Part shown: positions 35,705-47,000 of the stretch, in pieces | Position numbering within the stretch: the first letter of the stretch is position 1 | How the letters are laid out: each line of letters starts with the position of its first letter | Assembly (NCBI GenBank): GCA_036568985.1 | Contig: DATCRM010000109.1 | Location: 1 to 51,125, forward strand | Source: Lacunisphaera sp. | GTDB lineage: Bacteria; Verrucomicrobiota; Verrucomicrobiia; Opitutales; Opitutaceae | Direction: 5' to 3' | DNA: 51,125 nucleotides | Made by a program: the position numbers and the translations under genes | Notes under the pieces: generated by a model | Database searches by the model: none | What the model saw: only the letters and a program-made list of their open reading frames with translations | Told to the model about the DNA's origin: nothing

Positions 35705-37240
35705 ATGAGCATGGAAATCAAAGCCCGCGATCTGATCGCTGCCGGCTGGCATGAAGGCCGCCGCCTTGGCCCGGCCCTGCGCCGTGCCCGCGACTTGGAG
35801 TCGTCGGGACTGTCGCGTTCGGACGTGCTGACCCGGCTAGAAGCGGAGTTCCCGAAGCAACTGGCTGTTATCCTGCCGCGCTATGAGCCAGCTCCCCTGG
35901 CCGAAGCCATCGAGGCCGAGACGCCCGAGGAGGCCGCCAACGTCGTCGCCGCGCGTGCGCGCATGACGGAATTGCTGCACGTTCCGGTCGTGCAGCGTGG
36001 CGTGATCATGCCTGATGCCTGTCCATCAGGCGGTGGCACCGCCACCATCCCGGTGGGCGGCGCCATCGAGGTGGCTAACGCCATCATCCCCGGGGCCCAC
36101 TCGGCTGACATCTGCTGCTCGATGTTCGCCTCCTTCTTCCCGGCCAACCACCCGGTCGGCGAAATGATGGACCACCTCCAGAAGGTGACCCACTTCGGCG
36201 CCGGCGGACGCCCGCGCGGTCACCAGTGGTCCTCTCCGGTCATTGAAGAACCGGTTTGGGACAACCCGTTCCTGACTGGTCTGCAGAGCCGCGCCCGCGA
36301 CTTCCTCGGCACCCAAGGCGACGGTAACCACTTCGCCTATGTCGGCCGCATCCAGTTTACCGAGCCGCAGCGCGCCGCTCTCGAGGCTGCGGGCTACACC
36401 GAGCTGTCCGATTGGATCACCCGCCGCGACGGCAAGTTCAACGTCCTCGTGACCCATCACGGCTCGCGTGGCCTCGGCGCGGACCTCTACAAGCGCGGTC
36501 AAGTTGCCGCCCGCAAGTGGTGCGATGAGAACGCCAAGGACATCCCCGATGCCGCTTGCTGGCTCCCGGGCGACTCGCCCGAGGGTCTGGCCTACTGGGA
36601 CGCCCTGCAATACATCGGTCGCTGGACCCGCGAGAACCACGCCCTGATCCACGAGGCACTCCTGCGCCGTCTGGGCCAGCGCGCTCTCGTGCAGATCGGC
36701 AACGAGCACAACTTTGTCTGGAAGCGCGGCGACCGCTACTTCCACGGCAAGGGTGCCACGCCTGCCTGGCGCGACCACGAGGGTCGTCCGTTGCTCGGCC
36801 TGATCCCGCTCAACATGGCCCGAGAAATCCTGCTGGTGCTCGGTTCCGATCACGACGGCTACCTCTCGTTCTGCCCGCATGGCGCCGGCCGCAACCTCTC
36901 GCGCACGGCTATGCTGCGTCCCTACAAGGATGCCGACGGCAACATCGACCCCGCCCGCGTGCAACAGATCCTGGGCGAGGTGGCACCAGGGCTCGATATC
37001 CGTTGGTTCAACGGGGGCGCCGACCTCTCAGAATCGCCGCTCGGCTACAAGGACGCCACCAAGGTAAAGGCGCAGATCGCGCGGTTCGGCCTCGCCACGC
37101 TCGTCGGCGAAATTCAGCCGCAAGGCTGCATCATGGCCGGCGAAGCTCCCGAACCACCCTGGGTCCGCGCCCGCCGCGAGAAGAAGGCCCGGCACAAGGA
37201 CGAGCGCCGCGAGGGCCGCGCCGAGACCGCCGAAACCTGA
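35705..37240 (+). CDS. rtcB: RtcB family RNA ligase
   Basis: MPDAC, SADICCSM, LGTQGDGNHF, THHGSRG, NEHNF, HGKGAT, HGAGR, YKD. Confidence 0.93.
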   Translation: MSMEIKARDLIAAGWHEGRRLGPALRRARDLESSGLSRSDVLTRLEAEFPKQLAVILPRYEPAPLAEAIEAETPEEAANVVAARARMTELLHVPVVQRGVIMPDACPSGGGTATIPVGGAIEVANAIIPGAHSADICCSMFASFFPANHPVGEMMDHLQKVTHFGAGGRPRGHQWSSPVIEEPVWDNPFLTGLQSRARDFLGTQGDGNHFAYVGRIQFTEPQRAALEAAGYTELSDWITRRDGKFNVLVTHHGSRGLGADLYKRGQVAARKWCDENAKDIPDAACWLPGDSPEGLAYWDALQYIGRWTRENHALIHEALLRRLGQRALVQIGNEHNFVWKRGDRYFHGKGATPAWRDHEGRPLLGLIPLNMAREILLVLGSDHDGYLSFCPHGAGRNLSRTAMLRPYKDADGNIDPARVQQILGEVAPGLDIRWFNGGADLSESPLGYKDATKVKAQIARFGLATLVGEIQPQGCIMAGEAPEPPWVRARREKKARHKDERREGRAETAET

Positions 37241-37398
37241 TCTGCGCCTGTTACGCTTCCGCGCGGCTGCGAGCTTTACCACGACCAATCAACCCGCTAC
37301 CCAGACTTTGCTCCGGCGACGCAATGGAGAAGCATGTGGCGGCCAATCGGTCACAGACTGGTTCCATCGACATCCCACGCCCGAACCGCCAGATTTCA

Positions 37399-37475
37399 TG
37401 GTGGACGCTACAGGACTCGAACCTGTGACCCCGTGCGTGTGAAGCACGTGCTCTAACCAACTGAGCTAAGCGTCC
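37399..37475 (-). tRNA. tRNA-Val(CAC), canonical housekeeping type
   Basis: GGACGCTTAGCTCAGTTGGTTAGAGC...TTCACAC...GGTTCGAGTCC...CCA; normal G18G19 and TTC. Confidence 0.95.
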
Positions 37476-37926
37476 GGAATGAGGGGCGAAGGTTGAGAGT
37501 CCCCGGAGCCGAATCAACCCTGTTTTCGAGGCATGTTTTTTGAGGGATTGGGGTATGCGAGCGCGTCACTGTCCCTCCGTCACGTCATTCTGAGACCCAA
37601 GACCGAGCCATAACCAGCTTTGCGACCATCAAAAAAGGACTGAGATGCGTCGCCGCGTGAATCTTCGCTCCGCCCGTGATGACGAGCCAGGAAAGAGGGT
37701 CGCGGCAGATCGGGATTAATCATCCGCCGATTACGGTCCGCCGAGATACTGCCTTCCACCCCGGGCGATGTGCCTTAGCCGGAACGATGCAGTCGGCGCG
37801 CAAATTAGCGCTGAAAGTTGGGATACCGAAAGGTGGACGCGCACGTCCCCGTGCGCGTGGCTCGATACCCTCCGAAACCGGCACAGGGACGTGCCCGACC
37901 ACCCGCGCCGACTGCATCGTTGCGGC

Positions 37927-39420
37927 TTAGGAAAACAACGGGCGCATGCTCTGGCTGAGGGATTCGTGCTGATCCTGCAATTTACGGTAGAGGGTTTTCC
38001 GCTTGGCGTCGGGGCTGCAGCGGGTCGCTTCGTTGAGCGCGACGATGCCGGTGGTGAAGTCGGTGAGCTTCGCCTTCTTGCCCTGCGCGAGCGCTTCGCA
38101 CCAAGCCGCCTGTAAGGCGCCGCCGAGGGCGGCGCCTTCGTCCTCGACCATCGCGACGACCGGAACGCCGAAGATGTCAGCCATCATTTGCCGCCAGTAG
38201 GCGGAGCGTGAGCCGCCGCCCGTCACGCGGATTTCCTTCGGTTTGAGGCCGAGGGCGGTAAGACGGCGCAGGCCATAGTTCATGTTCATGGTCACGCCTT
38301 CCATCGCCGCGCGCGCCAGATGACCGGGGGTCAATGTTTGGAGACTGAGACCGGTGGCCACCCCGGTGCTCTTCGGCAGGTTGGGCGTGCGCTCGCCCGT
38401 GAAGTAGGGGAGCAGGGAAAGTCCACCGGAGCCCGCGGGGGCGCTGGCAACGGCCTGCTCGAGCTGGGCATGATCCCAGTTGAAGAGAGTGCGGAATTGC
38501 TCCGTGACCAGGGTCACGTTCATCGTGCAGAGGAGCGGCAGCCAGCCGCCGGTCGAGGAGCAGAAGGCGGCGATTTCGCCGTTGGGATCCACCACGGGCT
38601 TCGCGCTGTAGGCGTAGATCGTGCCGCTGGTACCGAGGCTCGCGGACACAACGCCCGGTGCGACGTTGCCGGTGCCGATCGCGCCCATCATGTTGTCACC
38701 GCCGCCGGCGCTGACGATCACGTCGGAGGAGAAACCATATTTCTGGGCGAGGGCCGGCCGCAACGTACCGGCCGCTTGATACGAGGCCGACAGCGGCGGC
38801 AGCCAGTCGGCGAGATTTTTGTCGAGCGCCTTGATCACGGGCTGCGACCAAGTCCGCTTGCGCACGTCCATCAGGGCGGTGCCGGACGCGTCGCCGTGTT
38901 CCATGAAGTAATTTCCGGTCAGATGGAAATTCAGGTAGTCGTGCGGGAGCAGCACATGGCGCAGACGCTTGTAGTTCGCGGGTTCATTGCGCTTGAGCCA
39001 GAGGATCTTTGGCGCGGTGAAGCCCGGCAAAAAAGCAAGTCCGGCGGTGCGGATGGCGCCCTTGGCGCCGCCAAGTTTCTTGGTGAGGATCTCGCACTCC
39101 TTGATGGTGCTGGTGTCGCACCAGAGTTTGGCGGGACGGATGACCTCGCCGTTGGCGTCGAGTGGCACGAAGCCGTGTTGCTGGCCGGAGACGCCGATGC
39201 CGCGGACGCGCGCGCCGTCGATTTTTGCGGCGACCTGCATGATCACGGAGTCAAGGGCCGCGGTCCATTCCTGCGGATGCTGCTCCATGTGGCCGGCGGG
39301 CAGGCCCGCGATCAGCGAGTGCGGGGCGCGCGCCTCGGCGATGATTTTCTTTTCATTGAGGTCGAGGACGACCGCTTTGGTGCTCTGGGTGCCGCTGTCG
39401 ATGCCGATGTAGAGGGACAT
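37927..39420 (-). CDS. xylB: Xylulokinase
   Basis: YIGIDSGTQSTK, GVSGQQHG, FTAPKILW, GDASGT, GGGDN, SLGTSG, GERTPN. Confidence 0.9.
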   Translation of the reverse strand: MSLYIGIDSGTQSTKAVVLDLNEKKIIAEARAPHSLIAGLPAGHMEQHPQEWTAALDSVIMQVAAKIDGARVRGIGVSGQQHGFVPLDANGEVIRPAKLWCDTSTIKECEILTKKLGGAKGAIRTAGLAFLPGFTAPKILWLKRNEPANYKRLRHVLLPHDYLNFHLTGNYFMEHGDASGTALMDVRKRTWSQPVIKALDKNLADWLPPLSASYQAAGTLRPALAQKYGFSSDVIVSAGGGDNMMGAIGTGNVAPGVVSASLGTSGTIYAYSAKPVVDPNGEIAAFCSSTGGWLPLLCTMNVTLVTEQFRTLFNWDHAQLEQAVASAPAGSGGLSLLPYFTGERTPNLPKSTGVATGLSLQTLTPGHLARAAMEGVTMNMNYGLRRLTALGLKPKEIRVTGGGSRSAYWRQMMADIFGVPVVAMVEDEGAALGGALQAAWCEALAQGKKAKLTDFTTGIVALNEATRCSPDAKRKTLYRKLQDQHESLSQSMRPLFS

Positions 39421-39636
39421 GGTAGGGGAATGCTTTGGATCGCCCGGATACTTTGCGAGCCGGGAAATGAAGGGCATAAAATTTTTCCCGGCACTTGGAG
39501 GCAGAGCGACGCTCTAAATGTGCTACAGTTAGACTTCGCGCCTCTTTGATTCGGACCATGAATCCGTTGAGGTTTCCGTCCGGTTCGAGACCAACCGTGG
39601 TCAACCCCTACCCTGAACCTAACCTCGTTACCTCGT

Positions 39637-42600
39637 ATGAACACCAAGAATCGCACACTACGGTGCGGGCTATCCATGCTCGGCACCTTCGTGCTGTCCT
39701 CCTCCTGGGGATATGCACAGACAACGGACAAACCTGCCACCCCGCCCAAACCGGCTGACGAAGAAGTTCTCGTGTTGTCGCCGTTCGAAGTTTCCGCGGA
39801 AGCAGACTCGGGTTATGTTTCCGCTACCACGCTCGCAGGTAACCGTCTGAACACGGAAGTGCGCGACCTCGGCAACGCCGTCACGGTCGTCAACAGCCAG
39901 TTCCTGAAGGATATTGCTGCGACCAACAACGAAACCCTTCTGCAGTACACCGTCGGCACGGAGGTCGGCAACGTGCGTGGCAACTTCGCTGGTACTGGTG
40001 ACAGTGCCTTCCTCGACGAATCGAACCGTTTCGTTGCTCCGAACCAGAACACCCGCGTCCGTGGTCTGGCCGAAGCCGATAACACCCGCGACTACTTCCT
40101 TTCCGATATTCCGTGGGATGGTTACAACGTCGATCGCGTGGATCTCCAACGCGGCCCGAACTCGATCCTGTTCGGTATGGGCAGTCCGGCGGGTATCATC
40201 AACGTCGGCCTGAAGCAGGCTTCCTATCGCAACGCCAACGAAGTCTCCTTTCTCCTCGATCAATGGGGCACCGCCCGACTGTCGGCCGACTTCAATCGGG
40301 TTTTGTTGAAGGACGAGCTGGCGGTTCGTGTGATGGCTCTCCATGAGAAAGAAAAGTTCCAACAGGATCCGGCCTTCGAGGACGACGATCGCATCATGGG
40401 CGCCGTTCGCTGGGAGCCCAAGTTCCTGCGCAAAGGGTCGGCTCGGACGATCTTCAAGGCCAGCTTTGAGGACGGTGACATCGAGAGCAATCGCCCCCGT
40501 ACGCTCCCCCCGTTGGATCTACTCACCCCTTGGTTCTATACGGGTACTTTCCAGGGCAAGTTTCCGACCGACGATCCGGCAACCTATATTGTCGGGCAGA
40601 GTACTCCCTACGTAAAGGGCGCTCCTCGTACGTTCAACAATCTGAACAAGCAGACCTTCAATCCTCATATCGTGATGGACGATAATTCCGGTCTGCCCAA
40701 CCACGGTCAGGCCCGTCCGAAGGTCAACGGTGGCTCCGATAACGGTAAACTCAGTCCGTATTACCAGCCGTGGCTCGGCAATTACGGACAGCAGTTTGGC
40801 GGTCCCAACGCTTTTTTTGCAACCGACGGCGCTACGCCCAGCTACTGGCTTTGGGAAATTCGCGAGACCCGCGCCATCAACTCCAGCGGAGTGGATGATA
40901 ATGACGTCGGCGAATTTGCCTTTCACCGTCCCGTCGGCATCGCGACGCAGTCATCGTTCGCGAAATCGGCCCATCTGCCATTTGCGGAGGTTTATAAGAA
41001 TTACAACCTCTCGGACCCCACGGTCTTCGATTTCTATAACAACCTGCTTGATGGTCCGAACAAATCGGAATGGGTCGACTTCGACGCGGTATCGGCTTCG
41101 CTCGCCCAGACGTTTATGAATGACAAGTTCGGGTTCGAACTCGTCTACAACCAGCAGAACTATCGCAACGGTCAACTGGCTCTTTTGGATGGTGAGCGCC
41201 AAGCCATTTACATCGATATGATGAGCGTCTATTCCGACGGCACCGCCGCCGGTAAAGACGGGGTTCAGTTCCAGAATGGCACGCCGAATCCCAATGTCGG
41301 TCGCGCGTTTGTTACGGACAGCGGCCAAGGTGGCAATCGCAGCTACAAATCCGATCGCGAATCGAAGCGGGCCACGGCGTTTTTTACGCACGACTTCAGC
41401 AAGAAAAACGCGGGTAGCGCGTTTACCAACTTCCTGGGTCGCCACACATTCACCGGCCTCTGGTCTGAGGACGAACTCAATCGCGAGGATCGCAGCTGGC
41501 AGCGTTATGCCGTGCTCGACATGGGTTATTGGACCGCATTTGACGGCGGCAATGGCATCCGTTTCACCGACAACGGCTTTGCGGTCAATCGCATCATCTA
41601 TCTGGGTGGTTCGTTGAAGGATCGCACCAGCGCTTCCGGCGCCTATCTGCCCCGCCTTCAGCAGGTCAATAACGCCACCAGTGGTACGATCCGGTTCTTC
41701 GATTCCCGTTGGAACGCTCCCAATGTGGATCCAGCTGCTCCTTGGATTAACCAATACTATCCTGAGTTCCGGAGCGACGGCCTCCCTGATACCCGTCGCA
41801 ATTCGACGCAGTCGGAGAATTCGGCCAACTACATTGGATGGGTGAACCAACCCTTCACGATCACCGATTCCGAGTCGTCGCAACAGGCCCGTAACACCCT
41901 CACGACCAATGCGCGTCTTCGCCGGGACAAGGTTGAGGCCAAGGCCTTTGTCTGGCAGGCGCATCTGTTCGACGGCGGTCTCGTCGGAACCTACGGTTAC
42001 CGCAAGGATACGGCGGGCAACTCCGAGTTCTCGCAGCAGGCCAGCGACCGTCCGGCCCCGGGGTTCCTCAATTGGGACCCGAGCTACTACACGCTTGAAG
42101 GGAAGACTTGGAATGAGATCAGCGGCACATCGCGCAGTTACTCGGTTGTCGCGCACTTGGATGAACTGCCGAAGCTCAAAAACCTGGTGGAAAAATTGCC
42201 GGTTCGTGTCTCCCTCTTCTATAACAAAGCCGAGAACTTCCAGCCCTTCGCGGGCCGCAAGGACGTCTTTGGCGAGGCCATTCCGCTCCCGTCGGGCACG
42301 ACGAAGGATCTCGGCGTCCTCTTGGAAACGAAGGACGGAAAATATTCGCTTAAGGTGAACAAGTACGAGACGGAGATCAAGAATGCCTCCAGCAATTCCC
42401 TCAACGGCTCGTGGTTCATCGGTGCCTCGCAGGCCTGGGCCGCCGATTGGGTGAACGTGTTTGAATACAACTGGACTGGCTTTGGCGATTCGGCCGGCAT
42501 CAGCACCGATCCGACCTACTCCCGCGCCAATTGGACCGATGCTCCGGATCGCGAAGAGCTCGCTATCAAAGCTTGGCGTGAGTGGCAGCAGAACCCAATC

Positions 42601-43404
42601 GCCAAGAAGCTCTATGCGGCTTGGAACATCAACCCGGCTACGCGGACGGGTCAGGTCGGCAACACGACCCCGACCGGTTTCACGATCCAGGAGGATAGCT
42701 TCTCCAAGGGTTATGAAATCGAGTTCAATGCCCAGCCCACGCGCAACTGGCGCCTCACGCTGAATGCCAGCAAAACCTCGGCCACGCGCAGCAACATCGG
42801 CGGCAAGAATCTCGCCGACTTTGTCCAAGCCTACGAATCGTTCCTCAACAAGACCGCGGTTGATTCGAAGGGTAACACCTTCCGCCCGGGTGGCGATCTT
42901 CGTATCTGGTGGGGTGGAGCCGGCAACGAGACCGCGCTCTATCAGTGGAACTTGAATGTGGGTTCCAACTACCTGGCGCGCCACCTTCAGGAAGGCAGCA
43001 ACGTGCCTGAGCTTCGTGAGTGGCGCCTCAACGCGATCTCCAACTACGACTTCACTGAAGGTCGTCTGAAGGGCGTGAGCGTGGGCGCGGCGCTCCGCTA
43101 CCAGAGCTCGGTTGTCATTGGCTATCCGGCCATCCCGAACCCCGACACCTCGGTGACTTATCCTGTCTATGTCTTTGACATTGCCAATCCTTACAAGGGC
43201 CCGGCCGAAACCGATGTGGACCTCTGGGTCGGCTATGGACGGAGGATACTCAAGAATGTCGACTGGCGGATACAGCTCAATGTGCGCAGCGTTGGAAAGG
43301 GCAACGACCTGATCCCAATCACGGCCCAGCCCGATGGGACGCCTGCGGGTTATCGTATCGCGCCCCGTCAGTATTGGTCGCTTAGTAACACCTTCCGATT
43401 CTAG
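39637..43404 (+). CDS. TonB-dependent receptor
   Basis: EEVLVLSPFEVS...GY..ATTLAGNRL plug, RVDLQRGPNSILFG.GSPAG, C-terminal F. Confidence 0.93.
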   Translation: MNTKNRTLRCGLSMLGTFVLSSSWGYAQTTDKPATPPKPADEEVLVLSPFEVSAEADSGYVSATTLAGNRLNTEVRDLGNAVTVVNSQFLKDIAATNNETLLQYTVGTEVGNVRGNFAGTGDSAFLDESNRFVAPNQNTRVRGLAEADNTRDYFLSDIPWDGYNVDRVDLQRGPNSILFGMGSPAGIINVGLKQASYRNANEVSFLLDQWGTARLSADFNRVLLKDELAVRVMALHEKEKFQQDPAFEDDDRIMGAVRWEPKFLRKGSARTIFKASFEDGDIESNRPRTLPPLDLLTPWFYTGTFQGKFPTDDPATYIVGQSTPYVKGAPRTFNNLNKQTFNPHIVMDDNSGLPNHGQARPKVNGGSDNGKLSPYYQPWLGNYGQQFGGPNAFFATDGATPSYWLWEIRETRAINSSGVDDNDVGEFAFHRPVGIATQSSFAKSAHLPFAEVYKNYNLSDPTVFDFYNNLLDGPNKSEWVDFDAVSASLAQTFMNDKFGFELVYNQQNYRNGQLALLDGERQAIYIDMMSVYSDGTAAGKDGVQFQNGTPNPNVGRAFVTDSGQGGNRSYKSDRESKRATAFFTHDFSKKNAGSAFTNFLGRHTFTGLWSEDELNREDRSWQRYAVLDMGYWTAFDGGNGIRFTDNGFAVNRIIYLGGSLKDRTSASGAYLPRLQQVNNATSGTIRFFDSRWNAPNVDPAAPWINQYYPEFRSDGLPDTRRNSTQSENSANYIGWVNQPFTITDSESSQQARNTLTTNARLRRDKVEAKAFVWQAHLFDGGLVGTYGYRKDTAGNSEFSQQASDRPAPGFLNWDPSYYTLEGKTWNEISGTSRSYSVVAHLDELPKLKNLVEKLPVRVSLFYNKAENFQPFAGRKDVFGEAIPLPSGTTKDLGVLLETKDGKYSLKVNKYETEIKNASSNSLNGSWFIGASQAWAADWVNVFEYNWTGFGDSAGISTDPTYSRANWTDAPDREELAIKAWREWQQNPIAKKLYAAWNINPATRTGQVGNTTPTGFTIQEDSFSKGYEIEFNAQPTRNWRLTLNASKTSATRSNIGGKNLADFVQAYESFLNKTAVDSKGNTFRPGGDLRIWWGGAGNETALYQWNLNVGSNYLARHLQEGSNVPELREWRLNAISNYDFTEGRLKGVSVGAALRYQSSVVIGYPAIPNPDTSVTYPVYVFDIANPYKGPAETDVDLWVGYGRRILKNVDWRIQLNVRSVGKGNDLIPITAQPDGTPAGYRIAPRQYWSLSNTFRF

Positions 43405-43426
43405 CCTTGGTTCAGGTTTAATCGTT

Positions 43427-43460
43427 AGCGCCTCTCCTTTGGGAGAGGCGCTTTTTTTTT
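43427..43460 (+). terminator. Intrinsic terminator
   Basis: AGCGCCTCTCC-TTTG-GGAGAGGCGCT followed by a T run. Confidence 0.85.
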
Positions 43461-43653
43461 GCGATCTCAATACACGGATATTGGCTTTGGGCGGTAGATG
43501 CTCGCGACGCACGCGCGCCGAAGACATGCGTGTGCCTGGAAGATGGCTTGTCTCGGCACGGAATAAGCGATGCTTTGCCAGCGTGCCGGGGCCACGGCAC
43601 TCGACCGTGCGAATCGGTCCCATGCTTCCCGTAGGAATTTAAATCAGTTGAGT

Positions 43654-44013
43654 ATGAATCAAATCACCCCCGCAACCGTACTAAGATCCGTTCGATGGAC
43701 GCGCCCTGGCTCGAGCTTGATCCGTCTGATGCTGCTGATCCTTGGGCTTTCGGCCGTCTGCAGTTCCGCGCGAGCCGAACTTTATCAGACGATTGGGGTG
43801 AATGTCATGTCGCGAGAGCATTTTCGAATCGGCCGGATCCAATACCCCATTTCCGAAATGACCGCGGTTGTGGCGCGTGAAGCCGATGGCACCGCCCGAA
43901 TCCAAGTGAAGCTATTTTTGCCGCTTGGTTTTAAGAAGGAAATTATCGAGGACATCAAAGAGCGGTGCCGCAAGGCGGGCGCGAAGACGTTCTTTATTGT
44001 CTATAAATCTTAG
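43654..44013 (+). CDS. Hypothetical exported small protein
   Basis: Hydrophobic segment followed by a small alpha/beta domain, loosely ExbD-like. Confidence 0.5.
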   Translation: MNQITPATVLRSVRWTRPGSSLIRLMLLILGLSAVCSSARAELYQTIGVNVMSREHFRIGRIQYPISEMTAVVAREADGTARIQVKLFLPLGFKKEIIEDIKERCRKAGAKTFFIVYKS

Positions 44014-44066
44014 TCGAATCCGGTTCATATGAACCGTGCGAGCAGTCGGCCGGGTCCGACTGTTTT

Positions 44067-47000
44067 TCATGGCGCTTTCAGCGTCAACACCTGCTGAGGC
44101 GCTTCCGTGAAGCGATGCTCCAAGGAAGAGCCATCGGGCCAGCGAACCAGAAGCCGGCGGGGAGGATTGCCATCGCGCCAGCCGAAGAAAGCTGCCGCGG
44201 AATTCTGACTATAATAACCGCCGCCAGCCGTGATTTCTGCCAATTGCACGGTGCCGTCGGTCAGCTCCAGGCGCAAAGCAGAACCAATGGCAGTCGGGTT
44301 GCCCGGCTTGCCTTGCAGCCGTACCTGAAAGGAGTGCCGTTCCGGCAGGCCCTGGTTACGCCATGCCAGGGTGGTGGAATTGTTGCGACTCACGACGAAG
44401 TCGGGCCAACCGTTACGATCGAGATCGAGAACCACCAGGGCCTTCGCGTCCCCGGGCACCACCAGACCGCTGCGCTCGGTTTCCGCCGGCAGGAAATTAC
44501 CGTGGCCGTCGCCCAGGAGAAGTTGTCCCAAACCGCCGTCGAAGCGACCGACGCCAGGGTTTGGCGCGTAGGAATTTTGCACGGCGTAGAGGTCGGCGTG
44601 GCCATCTCCGTCGAAATCGCCGGCCACGAGGCCTTGAATCGGCGCGATCTGGGCTATCCGCGGCAGAGGCGTGAAACGATAGGTTCCGTTAGGCTCGCTC
44701 AGAAACATCCCGCTGCGCAACTCGGTTGCCGCGAATCGTCGCGCGGCGTCCAGTTTGTCCTGCGCCAGCAACTCCGGCAGCGTGGCGCGGGCGTAGGTAT
44801 CGTTGCGGGAGAAGCGCTGCAGCAGGGTGGGGATTTGCGCGCCGAGTTCCTTGCGGGTCCGGCGGGGATAAAGTTTGTCGCCTTCATAATAGGCTTCGAT
44901 CACCTGGACCGACGTGCCGCCCTTGAAATTGCCCGCATAAATCAGGATCGGCGGTTGATACAGCGTGTTGAGGCCAAGGTTGCCGACTGCGTAGTCGGGA
45001 CGGCCATCGCCGTTGAAGTCCGCGCTTGTCAATGCCGTCCACCAGCCATCGCCCGCGGAGCTGAAGCCACTGGCGACCGAATGGTCGCTGAAGCCGCGGC
45101 CTTGGTCGTTGTGGAAGTAACGCACGCCGCCCCATTCCAGCGCGAGCAACAGGTCGGACCAGCCATCGCCATCCACATCGCTCCACAGCGCGGATCTGAC
45201 CAAGCCCACTTCGCGCAACGCCGGGGCGAGTGCGTCGGTTACATCCTCGAAGCGACCACCGGCGTTCCTGAGCAGAGCGCTCCGTGGCGGCAGCGGGTAG
45301 CGACCGGGAAGCACGCGGGCGCCGAGGAAAATGTCTAGGCGACCGTCGTGATCGAAATCGGTGGCCGCGGCGGCTCCCATGCTGAGCGGCAGCGCGGGCA
45401 GAGCATCCGGCTGCGGAGTGAATCCCGCGCCACTGTTGCGATACAGCACCGGTTGGAAGGAGGGCGAGTTGGCTGCACGGTTGGCACCGGCCTTGGTCTG
45501 AAGCAGGTCGGTCAGGCCGTCGCCATCGTAGTCGAATAGCAAAAGCGGTCCGTCATCCACCGGGGACGCGGGCAGGCTGCCGACGGATACGAAACGATCT
45601 TCGCTGCGAAACAGGATTTGGGTCGGTTGTTTGCCCGTGCCGCCGAACACCAAGTCGGCTTCGCCGTCGTGGTTCAGGTCGCCCAAGGCCAGGGCCGGGC
45701 CGAGCCGGTCGAAACGCATCGCGACCAGAGGCTGGCTCTCCAAGTCGAAACTCTCCTCCGACTTCAGATCCAGTCCGGTGGCGGCGCCGACTTCTACAAA
45801 TTGCGTGGATGGGGCGGACCGGGCCGGCAATGGGCGGGCCGGGTCCGCGGGTTCCGTGAGGGTCAGTTTTTGATCCGCGGCAATGTCCGTGAAGGTTTGG
45901 ACGTAGCTGCTGGGCCATTCGACCGTGAGCTTTTTGATCACGGTGTCGGGACCCAACCCAAAATGCAGCACGGGCTCGCTCGTCGAGAGGTAGCCGCGGG
46001 TCAGTTCGAGCGTGCGCACCTGGCGGCCCTGTCCGGTTTCAATGGTCACCTTCGCGCCCACTCCGAAGCGGTTGGAAACCGTGCCGTGCAGCGAGACGAT
46101 CAGGCGGTGGCCGTCGGGACTGTCGTTGCGCAGGACGGTCGGGTTGTCCTCGTGGTTGGCAAAGACGATGTCCAGATCGCCGTCACCGTCGAAATCGCCG
46201 AAAGCGGTCCCGAAGCTCACGCCCTTCTGGTTCAGGCCCCATTGCGCGCCGACATCCTCGAAACGAAGGTCTCCCGCGTTCCGGTAGGCCAGGTTGGTTT
46301 CCTCGAGCCGGGGGCTGGCGCGCATGATGGCCAGCCGCTCGGCGGGATTCTGCGCCAGGACCATGCGGTCGAGCAGATCGACGTTTTGATACTCGCGCAC
46401 CATCCCGTTGGTGATGTGCAGGTCGACACGTCCGTCGTTGTCGAGATCTTCGAAACGCACTGACCAGGTCCAATCCGTGGCCGCAAGGCCGGTCAGGTAG
46501 GCGGCTTCCCGGCAGCGGCCGGTTCCAGTGTTAAGAAAAAGCGCATTGTGGGAATATTGAGGAGCCTCCGTCGTGGCGGGTTCGGTGGCACCGTGCTGAA
46601 GCATTCGAGAGTACGCCATGCCGCGGTGGTCCTGCTCGTGGGTCGTGGCGGCCATGTCGGCGACGAGAAAGTCGGTCCGGCCGTCGCCGTCCACGTCCCC
46701 CGTATCCGAACCCATCGAGGAGTACGGCAGGTGTGGCACGATGGAATCAATGACATTGGTGAACGTGCCGTTGCGGTTGTTGTGATAGAGTTTGTCGGGC
46801 GCGGTGAAGTCGTTGGCGACGTAGAGGTCCGGCCAGCCGTCGCTATCGTAGTCCCAGATACCGGTGGAATGCGCGAGATTCTCGCCGGCGATGCCGGCGC
46901 GCTCCGTGACATTTTCAAAGGTGCCGTCGCCGCGATTGTGCAGCAGGTAATCGCGCTGGCCGTTCGGAGCCTTGACGGTGTCGAGCAGGCTCGTCTGCAC

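Noticed and set aside
24715-37475. Integrative element or prophage inserted at tRNA-Val(CAC)
   Set aside because: The orientation fits, but there is no integrase or phage gene and I found no duplicated tRNA 3' end near 24.7-25.0 kb.
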